Of a DNA stretch of 62,403 bases, positions 36,632-48,189 are shown piece by piece (positions within the stretch are counted from its first letter, which is position 1; the number at the start of each line of letters is the position of its first letter). This DNA comes from Chiloscyllium plagiosum. Lineage: Eukaryota. Under the pieces are notes generated by a model that saw only the letters and a list, made by a program, of their open reading frames with translations, made no database searches and was not told where the DNA came from. The translations under genes and the position numbers were made by a program. The DNA is taken from assembly GCF_004010195.1 (NCBI RefSeq), contig NC_057718.1, forward strand, positions 26,663,688-26,726,090, read 5' to 3'.

Positions 36632-37282
36632 TGTAATGGACCAGGCCAGAACCCCTCAAAGCATTTCAAGAAAGTAGCCCAGACCATAACTTTGCCAATT
36701 GTTTTCGGCAGGTGTAAGGTGGATATTCCAGGAGAGATGCAACTGGTCAAACCACTTAATTTTAAACAAAATAGAATTTATTTACAAGATTACTGAATGA
36801 AATACAAGCAAAAGAGAACAGAATACCGAATAACCTAACCTACCCAAAATCCCAACAGATTATGCCAACTTAATGATGCTGTTCCAAATACTTGTAACAA
36901 TCGCCTTAAACACCCCTTGGCATGAAAGATAAAATCAAACACAGGGTCTTATAGGAGAAAGGGAGAGATGGCAGCATAGAATACTCTCTTCCATGTACTG
37001 TTTCTTGGATTAGCAGCCTCACTGACTACCTGCTTTCAGTGAACAGCCAGACTGCTAAAACCAAACCAAATTAAACCAGAGAAAAGCTGAGCTGGAAGAA
37101 CCAGGCACTCCCTTTTCATTGTATAAATGTTTCTTTTAAAGTCTTGAAAGCCTTTTTCCTGAGGCAGTATCTGTTAGCTATAATCAAATTGGCCCTAAAA
37201 CCCAACCAAGCTAGACTTTTCAAAATTATTGCTTTTATGACCAAGGACAGCATAACCTTGTTAAAGGAGCAGCATTATCACA
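36632..37282 (-). mobile_element. Solo LTR (Gypsy type), related to the LTR at 5359-6066
   Basis: TG...CA termini (tgtaatgg ... ttatcaca). Minus-strand 3' end gcaaagttatggtctgggctac...ggcctggtccattaca matches gcaaagttatgggctgcc...ggccttgtccataaca. AATAAA at 36777-36782 (minus). No clean TSD. Confidence 0.7.
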
Positions 37283-37377
37283 ATAAGATCTAACAATATT
37301 TTAATGCAAACAGATGCATATTCTCATTTATTATAGCAAGTCAAGATTTATTGGTTTATTCAGTCCCTTTAACCTAC

Positions 37378-37521
37378 CTGGTGCAAAGCTTGTTTTCCCG
37401 TAGAATCGTACTGTACCACTCCTCTGTCCAACCACAACCACACGATCTCCAATCTGTATATGAGTCTTACAAATCTCTACACTTCCCAGACTGCCAACTG
37501 ATGGAGCTCGACTCCTCAAAC
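37378..37521 (-). CDS. CLIP4: CLIP4 internal coding exon (144 nt), N-terminal half of CAP-Gly domain
   Basis: aaaatag|GTTTGAGG...GCACCAG|gtaggt. Translates (G)LRSRAPSVGSLGSVEICKTHIQIGDRVVVVGQRSGTVRFYGKTSFAP(G), a typical CAP-Gly start. Confidence 0.95.
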
Positions 37522-37614
37522 CTATTTTAAACAGTAGAAGTTTGAGAAGTTAAATTAAACTATGATACCATGTATTATTTCCCTATTCTTCCCTCTCAGC
37601 AATATTTTCTTTCT

Positions 37615-37820
37615 CTAAAACAAAACCAGAAACAGCTGGAGCAAGTCTGGCAGCATCTGTGCAGAGAAATCAGTTAATGTTTTGAGTCCAATCATTGGAA
37701 GGGTCACTGGACCCAAAATATTAACGTTGCTTTCTCGCCACAGATGCTGCCAGACCTGCTGGGTTTTTCCAGCAATTTCTATTTTTGTTTCCGTTTTTAG
37801 CATCTTCAGTTCTTTGTTTT
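37615..37820. mobile_element. Palindromic Penelope-like terminal fragment
   Basis: aaaacaaaaccagaaacagctggag...ctggcagcatctg is inverted relative to cagatgctgccagacctgctg...tttttgttt. Decayed hammerhead-like motif in the centre. Confidence 0.6.
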
Positions 37821-38084
37821 ATTCTCTTTCTCTGTGTTCTGTGAAGCATTAAAGACTTGCAGGCCATATGGCCTACTCCTGCTCCTATTTCTTATGTTCT
37901 TATGTGGCTCTAAAAAATACCAACAATTCAAATGGAGAATGTTCCTCTCAAAATGGAAGAAATTAGGCACAGGGCCGGATTTATAAGAAATTAGGTATGG
38001 ATAGCAGATGCTGATCTTGCCAGCAATGTCCATAACTAACAAAATTTGCCATCATCGGCCAAGTCCTGCAATCAACTAATACTT

Positions 38085-39430
38085 AGAACATAGACCATAG
38101 AACATAGGACAGTACAGCACAATACAGGCCCTTTGGCCCTCGATTTTGTGCTGGCTTTTATCCTACTTTAAGATCAGACTAACCCAAATACCCTTAATTT
38201 TACTATCTTCCATGTGCCAATCCAAGAGTTGCTTAAATGTCCCTTATGTATCTGATTCTACTGCTACTGCCGGGAGTGCATTCCACACACCCACCACTCT
38301 CTGTAAAGAGCCATTAATCATTCTAAGGGGGGACTTCCACGCCCATCTGGGAGGAAATCCTACTGCTGACACAGAATCAAATGGTCAGCTTTCTGGTTTC
38401 AACAACACACTGGGATCAGTGATAAGTGCTGGAACTACAACTCACTCCAGTGTCAAGGAACCAGAAATGAAAGACAAAAGCTAGGCAAGAAGACCCTGGC
38501 AAAAATTAAAGTTGGCAGCTACAAAAGACAGGAGGAAGGGAGGACATGACCTAACAGGGAAGGGGTGGCGTCTCCAATGGACTCAGAGACTTCATGAAGA
38601 AGGCACTCCCCATCTAACTCCCTTAGTATACCACCAACATGCATGCTGAGACTTGCTGTGTATTAGATATTTGATGTGGGCCTCTCAATTGTTCAATAAT
38701 TAGACAGCATGAAGCCTTGTCAGCTGACAAAGGTGACAAAATGGGGAGGATGTACCAAGTGAAAATTGGTGATATAGAATATTTGGTCAGGGGTTGGAGG
38801 GAGGGGGTTTGGTGTAGGTGCACCATGGACAAGCAGACAATATACATCAATAGACGGTTAAGCAGGATCGAATTTGGCACGCAGTTTTTTTGCTGAGTTT
38901 ATGTTTTAAAAACATAGAGATTGGAAACCTGACTAGGAACCAACACTTCAATATTGTATAATGTAGAGTCATAGACTCATACAACATGGAAACAAACCCT
39001 TTGGTCCAACCAGTCTATACCAACCATAATCCCAAATTAAACTAGCCCCACCTGCTATGATTGGCCCATGTCCCATCAATCATTTCTTATTTATGTACTT
39101 TTCTAAATGTCTTTTAAACATTAACAGAATTCACCACTTCCTCTGGAAGTTCATTCCACACATGAACCACTCCCTCAGTAAAAAAGTTGCCCCCATGTCT
39201 ATTTTTAAACTCTTTCTCCTCTCACCTTAAAAATATGCCCACAAATCTTGAAATCCTTCACCCTAGGGGAAAGACACCTGACATTCACCTTATTTACACC
39301 CTCATGATTTTATAAACATTCACAAGGTCATCCCTCAACCTCCTACGCTACAGTTAAAAATATCCCAGCCTACCCAGTCTCTCCATAAAACTCAAATCCT
39401 CTATTTCTGGAAACATCCTGGTAACATCTT
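38085..39430 (-). mobile_element. Two CR1 3' fragments (38085-38308, 38965-39430) flanking a plus-strand AP-endonuclease scrap (about 38310-38360)
   Basis: tagaacatag and agagtcatag tails. LIILRGDFHAHLG resembles the APE motif GDFNAH. Confidence 0.7.
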
Positions 39431-41047
39431 CCATTTTGATAGGAATGGCCTTCCTTTTAACTGGTGGTATATTTATAAATCATATAAAGATACCATGCTA
39501 TGACTGAGAATTCTAATGGCAAATGAATGACCTTAAAGTGGTGGGGAGATGGCAAAGTCATTGTGCGATCAGACAATGATTATGATACAGAAAACAGGGA
39601 GTAGAAAACTTTACTTGAGTTCAAATAGAATGCCAGTGATGCAAAAAGTCTGATTCATCCTGAGTCAATGGCTACAAAAAGCAATGGATTCACTGAGTCT
39701 GAAGGGACAATATTTAAATAGGCAAAACTACAATTAACCCAACATTTGATATTGCTTAGTGGCTTGGGTTTTATCCCTGACATGCAGTAAAGGACCCAGC
39801 AAGGAGTCAACATCTGAAAATAGACCACAGCACCAAGCCACTATGTTCCTGGCTCCTGTAATCTTAATAATTCAAATGCTGGGGTCCTCAAAGTTTCAAA
39901 AGTCGTAGTGTGATGAAATAATATGTAAAATCCATGACGGGAAGTATTGCACTATACTGTCTGACAGCAGCAACAAAATGGGTGGAGCTGACTGACCAGA
40001 AGAGGCCCAAGTAAAATTTATTATTTTGCTTGGTTCCTTCTATGCCAGGAGTATTCACTCTAGACTCTTCAAGAAGTCTTCAGTCCTTCAGAGAACTTCC
40101 ATTGCAACAAGCAGCAGGGAATTACCTGGACTGGCGATCTCATAGTCTCTCATCAAGAAAGAATTCCAGCACTGCCCTGATCTTCAATCAGTGGGACAAC
40201 CAGTCCACTCCCTCTGACCACAATGCTACAGAGTTGTATACTGATTATTTTGTCTGCTTATGGAAATTCATGCATAGCCATGAACAATGCTACTGGGCAA
40301 AAGATAAATCTGTAATGGTTATGACTTTCAAGCTCAAGTACAAACCCACCAGTAGTGACCATCTCAGTCCAAAGGATAATTATTCAAATGAAAGCTTCAA
40401 TGAGTATTTCTAAAATATTGTTGGTTGTTGCAACTTTATGATATCCTTGGTCTTGTATTGCCAATCTGTGAAGTCCATTAAGCGTGGGTAAAAAATATTA
40501 ACTTGTGTTAATGATCACAGTAAACAATAACAACACTTCATTCCAACATGACGATACAAGAAAACCAGATCATGAATATGTGTGACAATTCATCTCTAAC
40601 TGTGATGACTTATACTGTCTCATCCGTAATATCATGTCACATCCCCTTCTACAACATCCTCCCAGACTCTATACATGATAACTACATGTCCAAGAAAATT
40701 TCTCACATAAGTTCTTATTTATTGGAATAAGCACTGCAGTGGTTTTACTAGCGTACCTGGCCCATGTCCTCAGCTCCTTCAGAGGGAAATGAGAATCTAA
40801 GTCGTCAATTAATTCTCTTGAATGATGCTGGGCAGAAAGAGAATTGTCAGATGACTCAAGTTCAGCATTCAAGCATCATTTAGATTCACTGATGAACTCA
40901 ATATCTCTGGTCTGTTCAACACTTTTTTGTGACTGCCTTCATGATGTGAATGATTGCTTTCTTGAGGATACTAATGCATGTCTGTTTCATCATTCTATAT
41001 GATTTTGGTTTGATCGATAATATGGTATTGGATGTGGACTTGGCAAT

Positions 41048-41317
41048 TAAATTAGATTAGATTAGATTAGATTAGATTACTTACAGTGTGGAAACAGGCC
41101 CTTCGGCCCAACAAGTCCACACCGACCCGCCGAAGCGCAACCCACCCATACCCCTGCATTTACCCCTTACCTAACACTACGGGCAATTTAGCATGGCCAA
41201 TTCACCTGACCTGCACATCTTTGGACTGTGGGAGGAAACCGGAGCACCCGGAGGAAACCCACGCAGACACGGGGAGAATGTGCAAACTCCACACAGTCAG
41301 TCGCCTGAGGCGGGAAT
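41048..41317 (-). mobile_element. HE1-type SINE lacking its 5' head, with (ATTAG)n tail
   Basis: attagattagattagattag...acacagtcagtcgcctgaggcgggaat; very close to 23338-23600. Confidence 0.92.
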
Positions 41318-41539
41318 GTTTGAACGGACATCCACACTGAAAGGATGGCTGGTAGGTTACGTGCTCTGTGATGATTTCTGTAGTTCTACATGTAACTAGA
41401 ATGGTACTCATCTTCTTTTCCACCCCCCACCCGCCCAACCACCCCCACCCCCACAGTCTAAGTCCTCTACTTCAAGATTCACTATGAGTGTATATGGGAG
41501 AGAAGGGAGTTGAGTTCGCAGTGAGCAAAACCATTTTGA

Positions 41540-42570
41540 AGTAGAGTTGGAAAATAATTCAAGAGTGACAAATGAATGTCATTGTTCTTTATTAGCATGA
41601 CCTTTACTGTTTGGATTCTCCTTTTTTCTTCAGCATTGATTTGCAGGTATTGCGGTGAGCTACTGATATGGTCAAAGCCTTAGGATACCGTGTACTCCTT
41701 AAAGTACTCATTTGCAAATCGTGATTGATTGTCCAAACTGACAAGATCAAAGATCCTGTGGGCTTCAAAGATGTCCTTTAGAGACCTAATCACTGCCTCC
41801 AATGAATAACTCTTCAATCTCGTGACCTCCAACCACCTTATATAACAGTCAACCACTATTAAGAATGTTTTACCTCAAAGAGATCCATCCCTAGGCTTTT
41901 CCACAATCTTGAAGGAAAATATAATGATATGAGTGGTTCGTTTGGCGCCTAGGCAATGAATTGCACAAGTGATATATCTTGATATCATCCCTTCTAAAGC
42001 TTTTGAAAGACTTCGCCATCAAACGGAACCACTTGCTCTGGCTCAACATTTTGTGATGTCAAAATTACTTTGATATAAGAATTGCAGTATATTGAGTTTC
42101 GGTACCCTTAGTATGACTAAATCTCTTCACATAAGTTAGAAAATTATCCATTACACTGAGGTATCCTCTCTATTGATCAAGAATGGGATTTTTTGCATAA
42201 CAACCTTGAGCATGTTCTATGTAAGATTTTTGTGTATTTCTGCTTTCAGTAAGTTGTTCAGTTGTTGCTGACAGATTTACAGTTGTTCATGACATAAATG
42301 TTTCTGTCTCTCAAACATAAGTTGTATCTGGATGTTCAGACCTTGCCACTGGAATACAAGACACATTTCCTTGAACATACTCATAACCTTTATAGCAAAT
42401 GCCATTAACTGTACCCTTGATGGCAATCTTCCTAATTTCTTAGCATCCAAGAGAGTAACTGAAGATTCTATCTCAATTGCGAAGAACCTAGTTCATAATT
42501 GGCAGGTTTCTTACAAGCCCATGCAGCAGCCATGACTCTTTTCCCATGATTGCATACCTTTGTCCAGCCA
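41540..42570 (-). mobile_element. Decayed Gypsy pol: RNase H, Zn-binding region and integrase core
   Basis: Minus strand AAWACKKPANY (RNase H), DITKC*ARASGSV*W (HHCC region), LWKSLGMDLFEV-TFLIVVDCYIRWLEV...KDIFEAHRIFDLVSLDN...HISSSPQYLQINAEEKR (DDE core). Confidence 0.8.
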
Positions 42571-43847
42571 ATGAAATATTTCCATTTTAACAGGACCCTA
42601 TTGGAGCATACTTCACACTGTACCTAACTCTTGCTGGCTGACTGCAAACATCACCAACCACAACCTGGTAATTGACCCAAGTGTAACGGTTTCAATCTCC
42701 CATGGAAAATTTGGGCAACCTTCAATCACATAAAATTGGGTCAGGGAAAATGTGACAACTTGTTTGACAAGTAGAACAATAGTAATAGTTCAAATTATGA
42801 GTGCAGCCACCCAAGGCAGACAATCACATACATACTGAACTTTTGCCTTGAGGGATCCATTCCTGGTGGCATCATCACAGTGCAACAGCTGAAGCTGTTA
42901 AATAGATTGTTAACCTCAATATTGAAATGTATCTGCTTGCCCATCCATCTGAATAATCAACTATTTTCCTTGTGCAATTAACATTTGCTTTTTGCGACAT
43001 TTCATAAATAAGATACATTTTAAACACTGGGCAAGAGGTTTCATTTATAAAACTGTACACCAGAATGCCAGCTACAACATTCTACTATCATATGAACTTT
43101 CACAACACCACATTTGAAGGTTAAGTGGATAGTAGTAATTGCCTAACTGCATAAATGGTTAGATGCAGAATTAGTTTTGTGACAGAAGATATCGGGGTCA
43201 ATTATCACTCCCCCTGCCTTATGCAAGCTTAATTAAAATTGAGTGAGGGATCCAGTTTCAGAAATCAGTGCCAGAACAAACTCAGCAAGATAAGTTTGCC
43301 CTCTTTACTCCCATCTCTCAAAAAGAGGATACCCCACCAGGATTAGTTTGGTTTGCTGGACACCATTACATTGGATCATAGGTGGACTGCTGTTTTGGCC
43401 CAGAAGTGAATGAGACATTTGCAAATTAGTTTATCCAGCAAAATTGACTGAACCTCACTGCTATTGTTTCCAGACAGACAGTTGTTTGCTGGTTACATCC
43501 CTGCCTAAGAATTAATACAAAGTCCATAACTTTTGCCTTATTTAACCTTTAAACTATCCAGTGATGTCTTTTGTTAGTTTGCAGTTTCATTCCCACAGTT
43601 GTTCTGCCGCCCTCATTTGAATGATTCAAAAGTAAAAGTTAGTGCAAAATGTGAGTGCCACAGTAGTCCATATCAATCAACCTTACACACACTGCACATC
43701 CATTTCAGAATCTCCATTAAAGTTGTCTTCATATTTTTTTGATTCTCATTCAGTAGGTTTCAATAAATTTGGTTGACTTTAAAATGTCTTTCTGTTAATG
43801 TCAACATGAAATATCTAGCATTTTCTTTAGAAAATTTGAGCAAATAC

Positions 43848-43997
43848 CCGTGGTGATCTTGGTAATTGCAGGTATTGATTTAGTTGCCATCTTCTTAGAG
43901 TTAGCCAAATTCCTTTGTCGGGTGGGCGGCTGCCTTTGTCTGCTTTCTATTGAAGAGGTAGAGGAAGATGAGGAGCAGAGTGACCCAGGCAGAGAAA
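43848..43997 (-). CDS. CLIP4: CLIP4 internal coding exon (150 nt, phase 1/1), Ser-rich linker
   Basis: tctttccag|TTTCTCTG...ACCACGG|gtattt. Translates (V)SLPGSLCSSSSSTSSIESRQRQPPTRQRNLANSKKMATKSIPAITKITT(G), similar to the CLIP4 Ser-rich exon. Confidence 0.9.
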
Positions 43998-44594
43998 CTG
44001 GAAAGACAACAGAAGTTGAATAGAGAGAAAGGATGGAAGTAAGAAAAATACACAACTTAAAGGAAGTAAAGCATAATGGGACAAATCATTCATTGTTATT
44101 CGCATCATAAATTCACATATTTAAGTTTTCTTAATTGAAGGGCCTTTTGTACAGAGACAGATCATGTGAATACAATTTTACTTTTGACCTTTTACTCTCT
44201 TATTTGCCATTTTGGACATTTATTTTTCATTTTCAATCTATTGACATTTTTGCTTCCCTGGTTTTGATTTCATTCTTTAATGAACTTACATTTAGAACTA
44301 TTTTATGACATAGAAATTACTGAATGAAAAAGACCATCTAGTTCACCATATATCATCCTAGTAGTCACACTGAAGCACATCAATGGAGTTGTTGACTAAT
44401 CATAACAGTTTATCTCCATCAATTAATACAATAGTCAAAATATGATGTAAGGAAAACCACTATGGGGGGTGTGGATGTTTTACAAACCACCTGGCAATTC
44501 CAAATACAGTATATAATGCTTACCATGCCAGCCGCAAAACCTGCCACTCTAGAACTGCTGAGGCTGCAAATGGCACATGACTCTCAAAGTCAGA

Positions 44595-44870
44595 GTCATA
44601 GAAGTCTACACAAATGAAAAAGCCCCTTTGGCATCTCTGTTCTGTGCCAGTCAAAAACAATCACCTAATTAATCTAATCTATTTTCCAGCACTTGACCCG
44701 TAGCTTTGATGCCTTGGTATCACATGCACAACTAAATATTTTTTACATGTTGTGAGAGTCTCTGCCTAACACTCTTATAGGTATTGAGTTCCAGATTCTC
44801 ACCACCTTATTTTTGAACAACATTTTCCTCATATCCCCTATAAATCTCCTGTCCCTTACCTTACATGTAG
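44595..44870 (-). mobile_element. CR1 LINE 3' end
   Basis: agagtcatagaagtctacac...gagttccagattctcaccacc...cctcatatcccctataaatc. Confidence 0.75.
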
Positions 44871-45199
44871 TCACTTTCAGCCACATTAGGGAGGTGTTAT
44901 TGTGCTAATCCATCAATGCTGAGCTTACACAAAGGACCCTATTTTGAACTAATTCAAGGGCATGTTATTCAGTTTGTGAATGAGACAAAGTTTTTGAAGT
45001 ATTATGACATGTTTTCAGAGGGACTGTCATGAGTTTCTGGATTTGGTAGGGGGTATTGCTAGTTTCCCACAGGGCATGGAGAGAATTTTGTGACCTGTCC
45101 ATGCAAAGAATGCGGTAGGATAAGGGTTGTAACTGCTTCTGATTCTATATCACAATAGACAAATGGAACTGAGGGTGTAAAGAGGAAAGAATCTATACA

Positions 45200-45900
45200 G
45201 TGACAGAAGGGCAAGGACCTTCACAGAAAGCCCTATCAACATTGGATTTTCAGAGAACAATTTCACATCCTTCTCTCACCTAAGAACCATGTCAATGATA
45301 TCTGACAGTCATCAAGGAAGTAGTCAGAGAACTGTTCCATTTCCTTCAACAAGCCCTCCAGCCTCATACCAGAAAAGGGACAGCATTACTCATGGTCACC
45401 ACCACTCTGAACCTTTACATAAAGAGTTCCTTTCAGCAGAAGCATAAGACATCGTAAATATTACAAATTGCACTATCTGTCACTGAATCCAAGAGCCAAC
45501 AAAAGACCTGCATGTGAGGAGAGTTGATTCATTGTTTGTCTCTAACCAGAGAGAAGTAGGATGAACAGCCTGTCCAAACGTTGCAGGTACTGCATCAACT
45601 GCATGAATAGTTGTATGGATTCCACTTGTCAAAGAGGAGATTGCAGGAAGCACAAGCTGTTCCACTTCAACTAATGTTTACTTGATGCGTGATCATTCCC
45701 AAACTATCACTATGCTGAATTTCTGCAATCCTGGTAGCAGCTTTGATGCCTTCATTCTGAGGTAGTACACCATTATTTCCATGAAGAACCAGAATCCCAT
45801 CCTCATGTGCCAAAGATTTGTGGAGATACTTTTCTTATTTGGATAAATATATGTTGAAATTAAATAAGTGATACCCTGTCCAGCATAAAATGTGCAGGTG
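45200..45900 (+). pseudogene. Decayed PIF/Harbinger (HARBI1-like) DDE transposase
   Basis: PYQHWIFREQF...KEVVRELFHFLQQALQPHTRKGTALLMVTTTLNLYIKSSFQ; PNV..INCM (cf. GAIDCTH); DHSQTITMLNFCNPGSSFDAFILR (cf. YPGSxHDxFIL). Confidence 0.78.
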
Positions 45901-46559
45901 AGCATGTAGAATGACCCAGCAGATTTAGTGACAATGTTTCCTTCCTGCAACAAACAAGTTTAATCTGCTCTTTTAAACAGCTGGTGTTGCTTCTTTAAAT
46001 TTTGAGCAACTATCACTGATTAAAGCATATGGGCCCAGATGATAATTTAATCTGCTAATTCGTGGCAGGAGGAGTTCACAGACAAATGAAAAAACATGTT
46101 TGTTTTCCTGTGAGTTCAGAAGGAGCAGCAGTGCATCCTTCAGTCTCTGGCAGCTGCTTCCTGCTGCCCAATATTCCATTCTACCCGCTGTCGACCTCTT
46201 GGTTCCCATCAGTTTTGATGGCTTTGGACTTAAATCCATCCACTCTATTTAAATTTACAGACTCATAGATCTCAGTATTATCAATAGATAGGACTGAACA
46301 TGTTCCAGTCTGAATTGTTACAAAGCTGTAAGATTGTACCCCAGATGGCCAAGACAGTTCAAAATAACATGCAGCTCAGCCAGGTTGTCAATTAGCTGCT
46401 GCTGCTATTTTTGAAAAATTCCTTTCTCTTTTTAAATTATGTGTCCTGTTGAATGGCTTGGTGCCTTAGCAGACTGACAAAATTGTCCAACAACCTAATC
46501 TCCCCCGTGCTGTTCTGTGGCAACTCCTGTACCATAGAAAGTAAATTGAAAGTAAAATT

Positions 46560-46810
46560 GTTGAAGAGGAAAAGAGAAAGATAGTGAATGGAGTGAGAGA
46601 GACAGAGACAGACAAAGGAAAGAAGGAGAGAGATTAAAGTGAGTTGAGAGAGACAGTAAAATGAATTTGAAGAGAAAAAAAACAAAATGCACATAAGGAG
46701 GGGCAAGAGAGATGAAGTAAGGAATTAAAAATTCAATTTAGAAAAGAGACACTTAAGTTGAGGACAGAGAGATAGAGAGTTGAAATAGAGAGAGAGATGA
46801 AGTGATTGAG
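46560..46810 (+). repeat. GA-rich low-complexity tract
   Basis: gagagagacagagacagacaaaggaaagaaggagagagatt... Confidence 0.7.
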
Positions 46811-47174
46811 AGATAAAATGACAAGCCAGTTCAACCCCAGCAGTATGCAGAATATCTGAAATGAAAATTTAAGATGGTTACACGCAAATAAAACTTTTCT
46901 TTTAGCATATTTTGTCCTAATAACACTACTTAAGCCCAGTAATGACACTGATAGGGCATTGAGACAAAAAAGTAACCTAAGAAGCGAGCAGTTAAAAATG
47001 TTAAGCAAGAACTGTAAAAGCTACACTATCGTTATCATTATCTTGGTGAACAGGCAAGAATTTTAGAGTTAGCACCACACATGCTAAGATTAATTTTAAA
47101 CTTTTTAAACAGTTAGCAGGTTATTCTTACAGTAGGAATCAACTTTAATTCCAATTGCACATAATACCGTATAC

Positions 47175-47255
47175 CTTCTGTTCCAGCATGAGGTTTGGTA
47201 ATGTCCTGAGCTGGTATGGGGTCTTTCTGAACATATTTTTTGGAAGAAAGTAGAC
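47175..47255 (-). CDS. CLIP4: CLIP4 internal coding exon (81 nt, phase 1/1), linker before the CAP-Gly domain
   Basis: Minus strand: ttttttccatcaaaag|GTCTACTT...ACAGAAG|gtatac. Translates (G)LLSSKKYVQKDPIPAQDITKPHAGTE(V). The start resembles mammalian CLIP4 GLMTSKK as recalled. Joins the next exon in frame (G+TT = Val). Confidence 0.8.
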
Positions 47256-47606
47256 CTTTTGATGGAAAAAAATTATTTGATAGTCAAATAGGAAGACAAA
47301 AATGTGCATGTTTAAATGGATTAACATGGCAAATGCTTACATCCAAGTTTCATAATATATATATATATCTTGGGCCTTTAAATGCTTCAACACACTGCTA
47401 TGGAGACACAATAACACAAACATTCTAAGGTTGTACTCCATTTCCATTACAAGAGCATGGACTAAAGAATTGGGCACAAATAGATTTGTTATTACCCTAA
47501 TCTTCCAGCAATGAAGACTAAAAGGTCAAAAGTACTGCAAACTGAATACATGCCTCCAGAGGCAAGTCTGCAGCCATTGGTAACATCAACTATAAAGGAA
47601 ATTAGC

Positions 47607-47703
47607 GCTGGAAATGTGTTGCTGGAAAAGCGCAGCAGGTCAGGCAGCATCCAGGGAACAGGAGAATCGACGTTTCGGGCAAAAGCCCTTCTTCAGGAAA
47701 GGA
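47607..47703. mobile_element. 97-bp Penelope-like terminal fragment with a perfect 19-bp TSD
   Basis: Flanked by aactataaaggaaattagc at 47588-47606 and 47704-47722. Body nearly identical to 17657-17743. Confidence 0.85.
47669..47696 (-). ncRNA. Minimal type I hammerhead ribozyme core (candidate)
   Basis: Minus strand ttc-CTGAAGA-A-GGGC-TTTT-GCCC-GAAA-C-GTC-gatt: intact CUGAnGA, GAAA and GUC; short stem I (tc/ga); palindromic ACGT. Confidence 0.65.
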
Positions 47704-48189
47704 AACTATAAAGGAAATTAGCCTTGAAAAATTTACTCTTATAATAAAACAAAAAAAAATCACGAAACCCCAAAATATAGTTGAAAAATAAAGTGGAAAC
47801 AGTAGTTTAATCAATATTGTAAATACGAAAAAAGTTTAACATTTGAATGTGACCTTTCTGATCAACCACTGGCTGACATGTTATGCACCTCTGGAATTTT
47901 ATGGAGAAAATATTTAAGAGGATCTGATTTTGGATGCACATATGACAATGAACATTTACTCTGGATCTTTATTCTTTTAAGATGGGCAGCGCATTAGCTT
48001 TGTGCTTGCCTGCTCATAAACATGATTATAGAGTACAGCCAAGCACAAAACGAGCTGCTGACTGATTTGCACATTGTACAGCTAGCCCATCCCTCTTAAA
48101 GGAACCCTGCTCATTTTAAAGGAGAACTGCACTAAGGATACAACAGCAGCTGCAAAAGGTGCAGAAAAGTCTTGATTGGAAAGAATAGC

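Noticed and set aside
37378..37521. Assignment to CLIP3, CLIP1/2 or another CAP-Gly gene
   Set aside because: The flanking exons (Ser-rich linker; GKNDGSVGGVQYF; RVTEALDS) fit CLIP4 better. CLIP3 has GKHDGSVFG at this position, and no long coiled coil follows as in CLIP1/2.
42300..42480. Initially read as an I/Nimb LINE gag-like segment (LPSRVQL)
   Set aside because: Flanking RNase H and integrase motifs show it is the Gypsy RNase H end (cf. LPPRIQR).
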